This document shows, piece by piece, positions 25,411 through 37,861 of a stretch of 64,000 bases of DNA (position 1 is the first letter of the stretch; each line of letters begins with the position of its first letter). The stretch spans positions 116,043-180,042 of the forward strand of contig NMRA01000065.1 in the NCBI GenBank assembly GCA_002633005.1. Direction: 5' to 3'. The notes beneath the pieces were generated by a model that saw only the letters and a program-made list of their open reading frames with translations, did not search any database and was not told the origin of the DNA. The position numbers and the translations under genes are program-made. The stretch comes from Phoronis australis (Eukaryota; Animalia; Phoronida).

Positions 25411-26209
25411 ACAGTCCCTTGCTTGAGGTCAAAGGTCACATTTTCCATAATAAGAAAACGTGCTAAGTCTCTGTTTTGCCATCATAAATAGGGAGACGTG
25501 CTTTGCCTTGTGGTAGACGGAAAAATCGACGAAGTGGTGAGAAGTTGACAGATTGTTTTTTGAAAATTGAAACAAAAATTCTTTGATATCAACAAAAATT
25601 AAAGATCTTTGCGAACAAAACCTAAAAATACCTGATGAGCAGGTCGAATTCTGTTTCAGTGGCAGATAACCACTCTCAGTATTGCAATTTAGACTGTTTG
25701 TGGCGTTCCAGGCCTCTTTAAGCAGACAAAAAAGTCGCGAGCCCCCCCTCCGAGAAAAACCGTGTCATGCACACTGGCCTTTCGGCATGTGTTAGAAAGA
25801 TAGGTATCCCTCGTGTACATGGCGTAGCTCTCGCGCCTGGTTGATCATGGGCAAACTGGTTAATGAGTTATGTACAAAACGGAACTCTCAGCTCCGTCCC
25901 CCATATCTCAGGATACCTTTAAATGTCATCATTGCACATGTACTAGTGTGTACTGCCGCAGAGTGTATGACCACTCTGAGCTGACGTAGAGTGAACTAAC
26001 ATGAATTAAAATTACGTTGTCCGTACTCTCCCTCTTGCCCCTTCCCTTATAGTAGATGCGTTTTTGCTCGCTATCAAAATTACGTCTTGAACATTGTCAT
26101 TTCACCATTTGAAAGTTGTGACAGAATCCCGTAAGTTAAGAGACGTTTCTAGTTCACTCGAGAAAGTCATGAGTCCCACCGAAATAGGGTATCAAAAACG
26201 AGAACGTAC

Positions 26210-26578
26210 CGATAACAGTCAACTGAGTAGTATTCGACTTCGTAAGATCTGTCTGCGTAGTCACGGAGCACGTATAGTTTCCTGCATCACCTGCAGTTAC
26301 GCCAATGAGTTCAAATGACAGATCTGTGTCGTTGTGGCGATATTCTGTTGTGGCGCGGTTGCGAAATTGGCCCTCAAACCGTCCATCTATGAAATCTTCC
26401 AGACCATTCAGAGATATTGCCTCAAAAATGGGCTCCGTTCTGTTAGTGGCAATAGGAAAACGCGACCAATTAAAGCGCTTGAACTGAGCCCCTTCCTCCA
26501 TTTCATACCTGCATTCCAACTTTGCATTTTCCCCTTTAGATGTCTGGATTTTGGGCAGGACGTGTACACGTTTAACAC
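26210..26578 (-). CDS. Gene A Ig domain 1 (V-set)
   Basis: KGENAKLECRY...FNWSR...FRNRA...LSFELIGVTAGDAGNYTCSV...QLTVI with a canonical DxGxYxC motif; ctttcag|...|gtacgt; phase 1-1. Confidence 0.95.
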
Positions 26579-27802
26579 CTGAAAGCAGATACGCAGTCGA
26601 TAGTCTCAAAAAAACCGTGGAAGGTTAATCCTTTGTGGGTCAAATTACGAAAGTGTATCGTGGCTGAGCAGCGGTCAGTGGAGATGAGTAATTCACGAAT
26701 TATCAAGTGCGTTGTGGTGAACTCAAAAGGGTTGGGTGGGAATACCGATCGTCGTCCATTTTGGTTCGTCTGCCACGACCACGCAAATTGTTTCAGTATA
26801 TTATAACTGAGCAAAAACTTGAGTCATGATCTGACAGGAAAATATGAGAAAATATCGTTGGCTCCTGACCCGACCTTCCCACGGTTTTCGTTAAAAGTAT
26901 ACCAATCCTACCAATGCATCGCTGGCGTGCATCTTGAAAGCTAAAAGCAGGAATCATCTAAAATCTCACACTCCCTACGTCACAGCTTGGCTAAAGATGG
27001 TTCGTGGAAGATGGACCTTCCCTACGTCATGCTGGCGTTTAGTAGACTTTTAAAGTAGTTTTCAATTTCCAATCCCAACTTTTCAGGGTTGTCGAGGGTT
27101 CCAGAACACTATTTTGTTCAAGAGAATTGAATGTTAAAGTCGGTTTTAATGCCTGTTTATCGGCTAAAATCGGTTTAGCATCGTTTGCAAAAAGTCACCA
27201 TCACTTTTTTGTTTACGGTACCGATTGACTGCCCGTCTTCATTTTGCACCATCATTGAGTGCTATACTACAAACAAGTACGATTAACGATTTCTTTGAAA
27301 TTGACATGCTAATTATATAATAGTGCAAATGATACCATTTAAATATTGAAATATTTGTACATACATGTCGAAGTTGAAGTAGGTTCAATTTTTGTAGAAA
27401 CAAAATTATTTTTCAGAATTAGACAGTAATTACCAATTTCAGCTTCTCTCGAAGAGGACAAATTGTACTAATAGTCTAGAGAATGTCTGTGCCTGCCTGC
27501 AAACATGCCTTAGGAGAAGTTATAAACGATTTCTCCAATCACTCAGCTCTACACCACTATTAGGCATGAGTGCTTTCAACTATTTTGTGCTTAATTTGAC
27601 TGCGGAGGTCCTCAGCTATGTTCTCCAAACCGTTTTACAAAGAGATATGGGTCATCGGCAGTGCGAGTACATATCCCCGTCACTAGATCAACCTGTGCAT
27701 ATTCACAGCCTTTTTGTTTTTCTTCCCTGTGACGTTGGATTACGCCGGGCCTAGCCAGCCAGCTAGTTGTATGAAAACTATCGTCAAAATACAGCTAGGT
27801 AC

Positions 27803-27838
27803 CATTGTGTTTTGAGCTCCGTTGGCCTTGGGGCAAAG
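27803..27838 (-). CDS. Gene A candidate mini-exon (ALPQGQRSSKHN)
   Basis: tatacag|...|gtacct; 36 nt, phase 1-1; supported only by splice sites and frame. Confidence 0.35.
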
Positions 27839-28567
27839 CTGTATACTAGATTTACAGCTTTGCGCCGGTGTGTGCAAAAATGACCAAATAAACTCAGACA
27901 AAAAAAAATTAGTGCCATATTTACAAACTAAAAACTAAAGCAGAACTACCGGGGCTTCGTGCAATTTCGAGGTCTGTCGGCACTGAACACATAGTGGTAC
28001 CTAGCCTCCTGCAGCCTTTTAAGTGAAAAACAACCTAATGAACGTCATTTTCTCTCTCCGCCTTTTTTAAAAAAGGAAAGTCAGTCGTTGTTTTGAAAAC
28101 TGTACGCTTGTGACACGCGTACGCGCCATTTCCAAAAAATTTTGCGACATCTCTCAGGAGATGACGAAAGCTTCGCAGCAGCAAAATTTATTCTGAAATT
28201 CGATTTGCTGGTATTACAATACTACCAACTTGAAATGAAATGAAATCAGTTCCGATAATTTGTTGTGACATGTACGCAACCTAGTGGAAGAGAAGAACAT
28301 TTTGTTGAAGAATTGACGAACGAAACTAGCCAATTAGGTACAGATGACGGCGCCGAAGGCCGAACCAAAAAGAGCCCACCACCGTTTTAGTAGCAAAGGT
28401 GGTAGAACGCCAATTTTTTCAGCACCGATGAATAATTTAGTTTTTTCTCAAGGATGAGTGTAGTTTTTAATGAGACTGATTTTCTTTCAGATTTTATTTG
28501 ATAAATTTTACGGCTGTATATCAAGTATACACATTTGCACCAAGGCAAGGCTACGCAGCCGGGGCAC

Positions 28568-28609
28568 CTGGCAGGTCCTGGCTTGATGATACAGGACGGC
28601 ATCGTATCA
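28568..28609 (-). CDS. Gene A candidate exon 2 (MIRCRPVSSSQDLP), completing the signal peptide
   Basis: ctattag|...CAG|gtgccc; 42 nt, phase 1-1; joined to 29873-29927 it gives MTRDDSIGLLIIFALFALMIRC-RP. Confidence 0.5.
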
Positions 28610-29872
28610 CTAATAGTCAAAATGACAACGTTTGAGAGCTGAAACCGCGAACAAGTATTACTTATATAGTACAGTTCTGTGGCCGAGAGGCATTCACCCA
28701 ATGAGCTATATATGATAAACTTGATTTATCTCACTGTCTTCATCCACGGTGCAACCTCAGTGACGTCTGACGTGCGTTAGCCAATAGGAATTAAAAACGA
28801 AAAAACACTTTTCCAGCAATGCGAAAGAATAACGAAGATGTGATTTCTGATATACACTTTATTCATAAACTAAATTACATTTAAACGTATGTTTTTGTAC
28901 ACCATAAACCTTTTGAACACAGATTTGGAAGAAGACTTAATAAAATGCAGTTACAAACATTTTATTTTTCAATTTATTGCATATGAATACAAGTCATTCT
29001 GTGAATAAAAGACCTATCACTTGTGACCTAAGATCATGCATAATTATGCACTCAAATGAAAGCCAAAACAAGCTACTGCCGATATATTTTGATTTTGAAA
29101 TTGGCATGGCAATTTTGACCTATGATTAAAATCGGCACAGCAAAAAGTACAACTGGCTTGAAGTTTGATTTTGCCAGTGAAAAGATAATTTAAACACATT
29201 TCTGGGTCAATCGGCTACAGCTTACATGCATGGCTTCTTGTTAAGGATATTTCCAACCTTATACACAAAAATTGGCCATTTTTCAATATTTCACTTGTGT
29301 CTAGCAAAATACCTTATCTTCATTCTCGGGGAACTTAAAAATATATACCACCTTGGAACCGTCCGCACAACCGCGTGGATATTTGTTTACTATTTATCCA
29401 AGGTCAAAGGTTAAAGGGCTTTCAATTAAATCGAATCTCCCGCCAGGTACAGAACAGCTTCGTATACCCTCAGTCCTATCATTCACAAGGTCGCCATAAC
29501 ATTGAGCCAACGAGGTGTACTTATGATAGATTGGCGCCGGAGAATACAACGACAAAACGTAGTTTTGATCCTGAGGGAGTTGTGTGAGTGTCTATGTGCA
29601 TTCACGACCGTTGGCGTTGAAAACAAATGCTACGAGTCGCCTCAGGCTCCTCTGGGGTCATGAACACAGAAAGTTGTGAAAAGAGATAATTCCTCACCCC
29701 AATTTCTTAATTCAATTGATCAATTGACATTTCAATGTTTCGATCTCATGCTAACGACATACTTTCAACCACCGATTCGATTTTTGTTATCCATTTCTTA
29801 TTTAGTTTCGTATCAGTCTCCCAGCACGTGACATGTACAGGCTAGATGAACACTGTGAACACTGTGACCTAC

Positions 29873-29927
29873 TTAGTGCAAAAAGTGCAAAAATGATCAG
29901 TAATCCAATTGAATCGTCTCTCGTCAT
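29873..29927 (-). CDS. Gene A first coding exon, signal peptide (MTRDDSIGLLIIFALFAL)
   Basis: ATG at 29927, 12-residue hydrophobic core, phase-1 donor A|gtaggt. Confidence 0.6.
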
Positions 29928-30135
29928 CCCAACTCCATGGAACTTGAAATTCAGTCCATGTCTTTCGTACTTTCACATCTAGATTACTGTGACATAATCT
30001 ATCAATCAGCAAACGCAAGCATTCTTCTTCAATTAGTTAATCGGGATTTTCGTTTTTTCACAGTGTTAGATCTCAGCTATAGCTACTTGAGGCAACTCCT
30101 CGCTACTGGTTGCTGTACTGGTTCTAGGCCCATTC

Positions 30136-30218
30136 TTACTCTCCGCGTTTGTTCACGCTTATTATAGTGTTTATTGGAGCACTGCCAGTTTTAAACAGTG
30201 GAAATCCGTGATCTTGAG
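30136..30218 (-). CDS. Cassette 1 terminal exon (AQDHGFPLFKTGSAPINTIISVNKRGE*)
   Basis: cttttcag| acceptor, phase 1, TAA at 30136-30138 (overlaps a possible donor GA|gtaaga). Confidence 0.6.
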
Positions 30219-30790
30219 CTGAAAAGTTGATGTGGACAATGGAAAGAAAGTTTAGGAAAATATTTAACTTGGAGTAAGTATATTTTTGACGACCTTTTAG
30301 GAGGGTAAAATGATGGCTGGACCCCTGCGCCACAGCGACTTAAATGTACGTTCTACGACATTAAAATTTACATGCAAACAAAGAAAAATAAACAGTGACC
30401 CTACCTGGACATGTACAAGTCTTGTTCTGTGCCTTCGTCACGAGCACGCCGTGGTCAAACCGCTGCCGTTGTCGCGTTTTGTTATGGGTGTCGCAGTTGC
30501 AGCTTGAATACTTGGACCACTTGGACCAAGTAGGGAATACTAAAACAAGAGTTAAGCCAATCGAGAATACGCAACCAGCTNCAGTGGAAATCCGTGATCT
30601 CGAGCTGAAAAGTTGATGTGGACAATGGAAAGAAAGTTTAGGAAAATATTTAACTTGGAGTAAGTATATTTTTGACGACCTTTTAGGAGGGTAAAATGAT
30701 GGCTGGACCCCTGCGCCACAGCGACTTTAATGTACGTTCTACGACATTAAAATTTACATGCAAACAAAGAAAAATAAACAGTGACCCTAC

Positions 30791-30925
30791 CTGGACATGT
30801 ACAAGTCTTGTTCTGTGCCTTCGTCACGAGCACGCCGTGGTCAAACCGCTGCCGTTGTCGCGTTTTGTTATGGGTGTCGCAGTTGCAGCTTGAATACTTG
30901 GACCACTTGGACCAAGTAGGGAATA
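30791..30925 (-). CDS. Cassette 1 shortened TSP1-like exon (gap-associated duplicate at 30405-30539)
   Basis: VFPTWSKWSKYSSCNCDTHNKTRQRQRFDHGVLVTKAQNKTCTCP; ttgttttag|...CAG|gtaggg; 135 nt, phase 1-1. Confidence 0.75.
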
Positions 30926-31147
30926 CTAAAACAAGAGTTAAGCCAATCGAGAATACGCAACCAGCTGTGAATCTTGACCCTAGGACACTTACGTCTTTCC
31001 GTTATGGTTTCATCAGATGGACGCCGTCATTAAGGAGTTCTTCAGTTCAAGTGATTAGTACATGGTAAGGAGACAAGAACAAAAAGCTTGCGTAAGAATA
31101 ATCCAATTAATAAAATAATGTAAAGCATAACACCAGAGTTAGTATAC

Positions 31148-31501
31148 CTCTCCACGCTTCTGCAAGTAACCGTCTATCTCTTTGTCTTGTATTCCAACTT
31201 CGCACTGTCAGCAAATAGTCTTTGAAGTCGCTCTCGAGAACGCTTCTCTTCAGCGTTATAATCCAAACTCCGACACCGTTGTCACTGTACGCATATCCTC
31301 GGTAGTTTTTATCATAAAAGTACCTCTCCTGTGGGTAATAATGCCACGAGGCAATGTCACGTTCTCCCGGATGTGACAACGTTACAGACTTGATGTTATC
31401 CTCTGGCCAAAATGTTGATGTAATAGAGATGTTGCCACCGACGCGCACTGGCTGAGGATGGAATACTACCCTTGTGTTGATCCACTGGTGATTAGTTTGA
31501 T
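31148..31501 (-). CDS. Cassette 1 cysteine-less Ig-like (V-type) exon
   Basis: ...VRVGGNISITSTF...SVTLSH...IITLKR...SDFKDYLLTV...; gcttcag|...AG|gtatac; 354 nt, phase 1-1. Confidence 0.75.
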
Positions 31502-32104
31502 CTGAAGCAAGATGTGTGCACTACTTTAGTGAGGAATATTTAAAGTTATGCACCACGCCATAGGACGCCAGTGAAAGTCGATTGTTCACCAGGTTTGCTT
31601 GCAAATTTTTGGATGATGTGCGGTAACATGATCAGCTTTACTACACAGTTTAAAGGCCATTGCTACAAGTGAATGGAGACGCTGTAGTCGCCAAGTTTCC
31701 AAAGGAGCCCAAACACCTTTTTCGAAGTATCTTCCTGGAGGCATTTTGTATGAAAATTCTTTTCAGGAAACTGGACGCAAAGTATACCTTGAAGAGGCTC
31801 TTTTAGAAATCGCCAGTGCATATTTTCATGGTCAGAAACTAGCACTTGGCAAGGTGCGACTGTTAATTTGTTTACATGTTATGAATTTGGCGATGCATAA
31901 ACTTTGCGTTTCTACTTTTGCCAGTTTAGACTCAGAGCTAACTTTCTAGAAATTACTCACACCTCCAAATCAATTATCAACATCATAAATATTGTTGAAG
32001 AAGATAAAAGGAACCGAGCTTTATAATGCCAACTTGTTTTTGCACTTTTGAATAAAAGACACGCACTTTTGAATGGAAAGATCGACATAATTTCTTTAAC
32101 TTAC

Positions 32105-32452
32105 TAAATGAATATACTTGAGTGGTAGTCGTTTTCTCATCACACTTGGTCTTGCTAACGAGTATCGTCCTCCAACAAACTTTGCACATATGGACCAGTT
32201 CCTCAACGCCGTTTGGAACAGTCTTAATTTTTAAAACGAAGACCTTAAAAGTTGGTTTTTCGTCATTGATGAACATTTCATACTTTGAACCACGTGAAAG
32301 AGGTCTCTCTGACCGACTTCCATCTGTTTTAGAAAACCACGTGACGTTCACAAACACTTCGTAGTGGGGGGTGTAATTTAATGCACATAGAATGTTTGCG
32401 TGCCTGCCTCCGATAGCCATTGATGAATTATGATGATACAAGACTACAGCCT
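32105..32452 (-). CDS. Cassette 1 Ig domain exon
   Basis: GGRHANILCAL...NVTWFS...SKYEM...VLKIKTV...HMCKVCW...KCDEKTTTTQVY; tctttcag|...|gtaagt; 348 nt, phase 1-1. Confidence 0.85.
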
Positions 32453-32615
32453 CTGAAAGAATCAAGTCAAAAATCAAATTCGATAGCGGGCTATACTTTT
32501 TAAGAGAGTCAGAACTGTGCTTGGTTCCTCTTCCGAGTCGAAAGTATATGCAGTTACGCAATGCGAATGGGGCTATTCGGAAAATTCAAATCAACTAGAG
32601 GGCGCGCGTGTATTA

Positions 32616-35600
32616 TTGGTCAATTCTTGCAAAGGTCATGTAACGTTCAAAATGTTATATGTCTTAAGTTTTTCAAGGAATTCTTTTCAATTGCAGCACA
32701 CTGGTGTAAGTCAACATGCCAAACGAATATCCTACTTTACTTTGCAATAAGCCTAACCAATCAGAAAAAATAGGTCAAAGGTCATTGAGTGCAAACTAAG
32801 ATTTTGAGCTAGAAAGTTCATAATTACGTATGAATTTGAATTCTAAATTTTCAGGTCATTTGGTGCACCCATGGGGTCATTAGGTGCATTTTTCTTCTGA
32901 AAGTTTAACCACTTCATTCATGTTGTATTCTGAAGTGCTTAAAGTAAAACATCTGTGATTATTAGCATTACCACACTTGTAATCGAGTTAACAGTTACTC
33001 CCTCATCGGGGCTCATAACGCACCGGAAGAGGTCAATTAGTGGAAAGGTCATCAAAAAACTAATATGTAATTTCTCCTACAATTTTAAAAAATTCCTTAT
33101 CATATTGGTAAACGGGTTGCTGTCAGTAACTTCCCATAATAATTCTAGTAATACGCACGCGCAGAGTCCGTTATTGTCACGCCGTGACAATAATCTTTCT
33201 AATTCTTACTACTCTGCGCGTGTAAGCGCAGAGTACTGTTGTTCCTGGGATTTCTTCAATTATATTACTCTGCGCGTGTAAGCGCAGAGTATTGTTGTTC
33301 CTGGGTTTTCTTCAATTTTATTCTTATTCTTCTTATTCTTCTTATTCTTCTCATCTTCTTGTTCTTCTTCTTATGCTTCTTTCGACCAACTTTGAGGCTT
33401 AATAACTCCAAACTGGGTGCAGGTACGGTCTTTAAATTCAGGATATGATTTTTGACAGTACATAAATTTTGATTGGTTATATAAACATATTCCATATTGC
33501 ACCGAAAGAGGGCGTTTGGTGCAAAGGTCATATAATTTTCAAAATACTACTGCTCCTTCAGTTTTAAAGCTATCTGTTTCAAATTCAGTGGACAGGTATA
33601 AGTCAATGTGACAATTTAAAAATTACTTTTGTAAGTAATAGGGTCATCCAATCAGGTGAAATAGATATAGGTCATTAGGTGCAAACTAAAATTTTGAGCT
33701 AAACACTTCAAATTGACAGGTGTGATTGCCACAGGTAAATCAAATCGGAATCCAAAGTTTCAGGTCATTTAGTGCAAACATGGGGTCATTAGGTGCATTT
33801 TTCTTCTAAAAATTTGACCTTTTCAATCAGCAAGTATTCTGATGTGTCAACCGTTAGACAACTGTGATTCTCAGCGTTCAACACACTTTGCATGGGCTTT
33901 GCAATAATTCTCCTAAAGATGCTTAAAATGCACCGGATCAGGTCAATTAGTGGAAAGGTCATGTAACGTTCAAAATGTTATATGTCTTACGTTTTTCAAG
34001 GAATTATTTTCAATTTCAGCACACTGGTGTAAGTCAACATGCCAATTGAATACCCTACTTTACTTTGCAATAGGCCTAACCAATCAGAAAAAATCGGTCA
34101 AAGGTCATTGATTGCAAACTAACATTTCGAGCTAGAGACTTCAGAATTACGTATCTGTTTACTAAGTGCATTTGAGTTTGAATTCTAAATTTTCAGGTCA
34201 TTTGGTGCACCCATGTTGTCATTAGGTGCATTTTTCTTCTGAAAGTTTGACCACTTCATTCATCTTGTATTCTGAAGTGCTTAAAGTAAAACATCTGTGA
34301 TTAATAGCATTAACCACAATTTTAATCGAGTTAACAATTACTGCCTAATCTAGGCTCATAATGCACCGGAAGAGGTCAATTAGTGGAAAAGTCATCAAAA
34401 AATTAATATGTAATTTCTCCTACATTTTTAAAGAATTTCTTTTCATATTGGTAAACGGGTTGCTGTCAGTAACTTCCCATAATAATTCCAGTAATACGCA
34501 CGTGCAGAGTCCGTTATTGTCACGCCGTGACAATAACCTTTCTACAGTGTAGTTCTTATTCTTCTTATTCTTATTGTTATTCTTCTTCCGACCAACTTTG
34601 AGGCTTAATAACTCCAAATTGGGTGCAGGCATGGTCTTTACATTCAGCATATGACTTTTGACAGTATATAAATTTTGATTGGTTATGTAATCATATTCCA
34701 TATTGCACCGGAAGAGGTCATTTGGTGCAAAGGTCATATAGTTTTCAAAATGCTACTCCAACTTCAGTTTTAAAGCTATCTTTTTCAACTTCTATGCACA
34801 GGTATAAGTCATCATGTCGATTTAAAAACTACTTTTCTAAGTAATCGGGTCATCCAATCAGGTGAAATAGGTCAAATGTCACTAGGTGCCAATTAAAATT
34901 TTGAGCTAGACTCTTCAAATTGACAGGTCTGATTGCCACTGTTAAATCAAATCGGAATCCAAAGTTTCAGGTCATTTAGTGCAAACATGGGGTCATTATG
35001 TGCATTCTTCTTCTGAAAATTTGACCTTTTCAATCAGCAAGTATTCTGATGTGTCAACCGTTAGACAACTGCGAATCTCAGCATGAAACATATTTTTCAT
35101 GGGCTTTGCAATAATTCACCTAAAGACGCTTATAATGCATCTGATAGGGTCAATTAGTGCAAAGGTCATGTAACGTTCAAAATATTATATCTCTTACGTT
35201 TTTCAAGGAATTCTTTTCAATTTCAGCAAACTGGTGTACATGTAAGTCAACACGCCAATTGAATATCCTACTTTTCATTGCAATAGACCTAACCACTCAG
35301 AAAAAAGGTCAAAGGTCATTGAGGGCAAACTAAAATTTTGAGCTAGAGACTTCAGAATTACGTATCTGTTTACTAAGTGCGATTGAGTTTGAATTCTAAA
35401 TTTTCGGGTAATTTGGTGCACCAATGTCATAAGGTGTATTTTTCTTCTGACAGTAGGACCAATTCATTCATCTTGTATTCTGAAGTGCTTCAAGTAAAAC
35501 ATCTGTAATTATTAGCATTAACCACACTTTTAATCGAGTTAACAATTACTCCATCATCGGGACTCATAATGCACCGGAAGAGGTCAAAAAGTGGAAAGGT

Positions 35601-35876
35601 CTTCAAAAAATTAATATGTAATTTCTCCTACAATTTTAAAAAATTCCATTTCATATTGGTAAACGGGTGGCTGTCAGTTACTTCCCATAATAATTCTAGT
35701 AATACGCACGTGCAGAGTCCGTTATTGTCACGCCGTGACAATAATCTTTCTAGTTCTTCTAATTACTCTGCGCGTGTAAGCGCAGAGTACTGTTGTTCCA
35801 GGGTTTTCTTCAATTTTATTCTTCTTCTTATTGTTCTCATTCTTCTTCCGACCAACTTTTAGGCTTAATATCTCCA
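32616..35876 (+). mobile_element. Head-to-tail array of a ~1.2-1.3 kb non-autonomous Helentron/HINE-like element
   Basis: Units begin TTATT-ACTCTGCGC-gtgtaa-GCGCAGAGT (hairpin), followed by a (TTCTTA/TTC)n microsatellite and ggtcaaaggtca internal repeats. They end GCGCAGAGT-ccg-TTATTGTCAC-gcc-GTGACAATAA-tctttCTAG (subterminal repeat, 3' hairpin, CTAG). Confidence 0.75.
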
Positions 35877-36018
35877 AATTGACATTTCAATGTTTCGATC
35901 TCATGCTAACGACATACTTTTAACCACCGATTCGATTTTTGATATCCATTTCTTATTTGGTTTCGTATCAGTCTGCCAGAACGTGACATGTACAGGCTAT
36001 ATGAACAGTGTGACCTAC

Positions 36019-36073
36019 TTAGTGCATAAAGTGCAAAAATGATCACTAATCCAATTGAATCGTCTCTCGCCAT
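36019..36073 (-). CDS. Duplicated gene A signal-peptide exon, copy 2 (MARDDSIGLVIIFALYAL)
   Basis: Intact ATG and phase-1 donor gtaggt; the nearest downstream phase-1 exon is the cassette 1 Ig exon at 32452. Confidence 0.5.
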
Positions 36074-36281
36074 CCCAACTCCATGCATCGTGAAATTCAG
36101 TTCACGTCTTTTGTACTTTCACATCTAGATTACTTTGACATAATTTATCAATCAGCAAACGCAAGCATTCTTCTTCAATTAGTTCATCGGGATTTTCGTT
36201 TTTTCACAGTGTTAGATCTCAGCTATAGCTACTTGAGGCAACTCCTCGCTACCGGTTGCTGTACTGGTTCTAGACCCATTC

Positions 36282-36364
36282 TTACTCTCCGCGTTTGTTC
36301 ACGCTTATTATAGTTTTTATTGGAACACTGCCAGTTTTAAACAGTGGAAATCCGTGATCTCGAG
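36282..36364 (-). CDS. Cassette 2 terminal exon
   Basis: ARDHGFPLFKTGSVPIKTIISVNKRGE*; intact acceptor. Confidence 0.6.
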
Positions 36365-36548
36365 CTGAAAAGTTGATGTGGACAATGGAAAGAAAGTTTA
36401 GGAAAACATTTAACTTGGAGTAAGTATATTTTTGGCGACCTTTTAGGAGGGTAAAGTGATGGCAGGGCCCTGCGCCACAGCGACTTTAATGTACGTTCTA
36501 CAACTTTAAAATTTATATGCAAACATCGAAAAATAAGCAGTGACCTAC

Positions 36549-36683
36549 CTGAACATGAACAAGTCTTGTTCTGTGCCTTCGTCACGAGCAAGCCGTGGTC
36601 AAACCGCTGCCGTTGTCGCGTTTTGTTATGGGTGTCGCAGTTGCAGCTTGAATACTTGGACCACTTGGACCAAGTAGGGAATA
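36549..36683 (-). CDS. Cassette 2 shortened TSP1-like exon
   Basis: VFPTWSKWSKYSSCNCD...NKTCSCS; intact splice sites. Confidence 0.75.
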
Positions 36684-36905
36684 CTAAAACAAGAGTTAAG
36701 CCATTCGAGAGTAAGCAACCAGCTGTGAATCTTGACCCAAGGACACTTACGTCTTTAAGTTATGGTTTTATTAGATGGACGCCTACATTAAGGAGTTCTT
36801 CACTTCAAGTGATTAGTACATGGTAAGGAGACAAGAACAAAAATCTTCCATAAGAATAATCCAATTAATGAAATATTGTAAAGCATAACACCAGAGTTAG
36901 TATAC

Positions 36906-37259
36906 CTCTCCACGCTTCTACAAGTAACCGTCTATCTCTTTGTCTAGTATTCCAACTTCGCACTGTCAGCCAATAGTCTTTCACGTCGCTCTCGAGAACG
37001 GTTCTCTTCAGCCTTATAATCCAAACTCCGACACCGTTGTCACTGTACGCGTATCCTCGGTAGTTTTTATCATAAAAGTAACTCTCCTGTGGGTAATAAT
37101 GCCACGAGGCAATGTCACGTTCTTCCGGATTTGACCACGTTACAGACTTGATGTTATCCTCTGGCCAAAATGTTGATGTAATAGACATGTTGCCACCGAC
37201 GCGCACTGGCTGAGGATGGAATACTACCCTTGTGTTGATCCACTGGTGATTAGTTTGAT
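36906..37259 (-). CDS. Cassette 2 cysteine-less Ig-like exon
   Basis: GGNMSITSTF...VTWSN...SDVKDYWLTV; intact frame and splice sites. Confidence 0.78.
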
Positions 37260-37861
37260 CTGAAGCAAGATGTGTGCACTACTTTAGTGAGGAATATTTA
37301 AAGTTATGCACCACGCCATAGGACGCCAGTGAAAGTCGATTGTTTTTCAGGTTTGCTTGCAAATTTTTGGATGATGTGCGGTAACATGATCAGCTATACT
37401 ACACAGTTTGAAGGTCATTGCTACAAGTGAATGGGGACGCTGTAGTCGCCAAGTTTCCAAAAGAGCCCCAACACCTTTTTCGAAGTAACTTCCTGGAGGC
37501 ATTTTGTATGAAAATTCTTTTCAGGAAACTGGACGCAAAGTATATCTTGAAGGGGCTGTTTTAGAAATCGCCAGTGCATATTTTCATGGTCAGAAACTAG
37601 CACTGGCAAGGTGCGACTGTTAATTTGTTTACATGTTATGAATTTGGCGATGCATAAACTTTGCGTTTCTACTTTTGCCAGTTTAGACTCAGAGATAACT
37701 TTCTAGATATTACTCACACCTCCAAATCAATTCTTAACATCATAAATATTGTTGAAGACGATAAAAGGAACCGAGCTTTATAATGCCAACTTGTTTTTGC
37801 ACTTTTGAATAAAAGACACGCACTTTTGAATGGAAAGATCGACATAATTTCTTTAACTTAC

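Noticed and set aside
30195-30966. Extra mini-TSP1 exon in cassette 1 (386-bp duplicate)
   Set aside because: The duplicate is centred on a single N at 30581 and is absent from cassettes 2 and 3; likely an assembly artefact.
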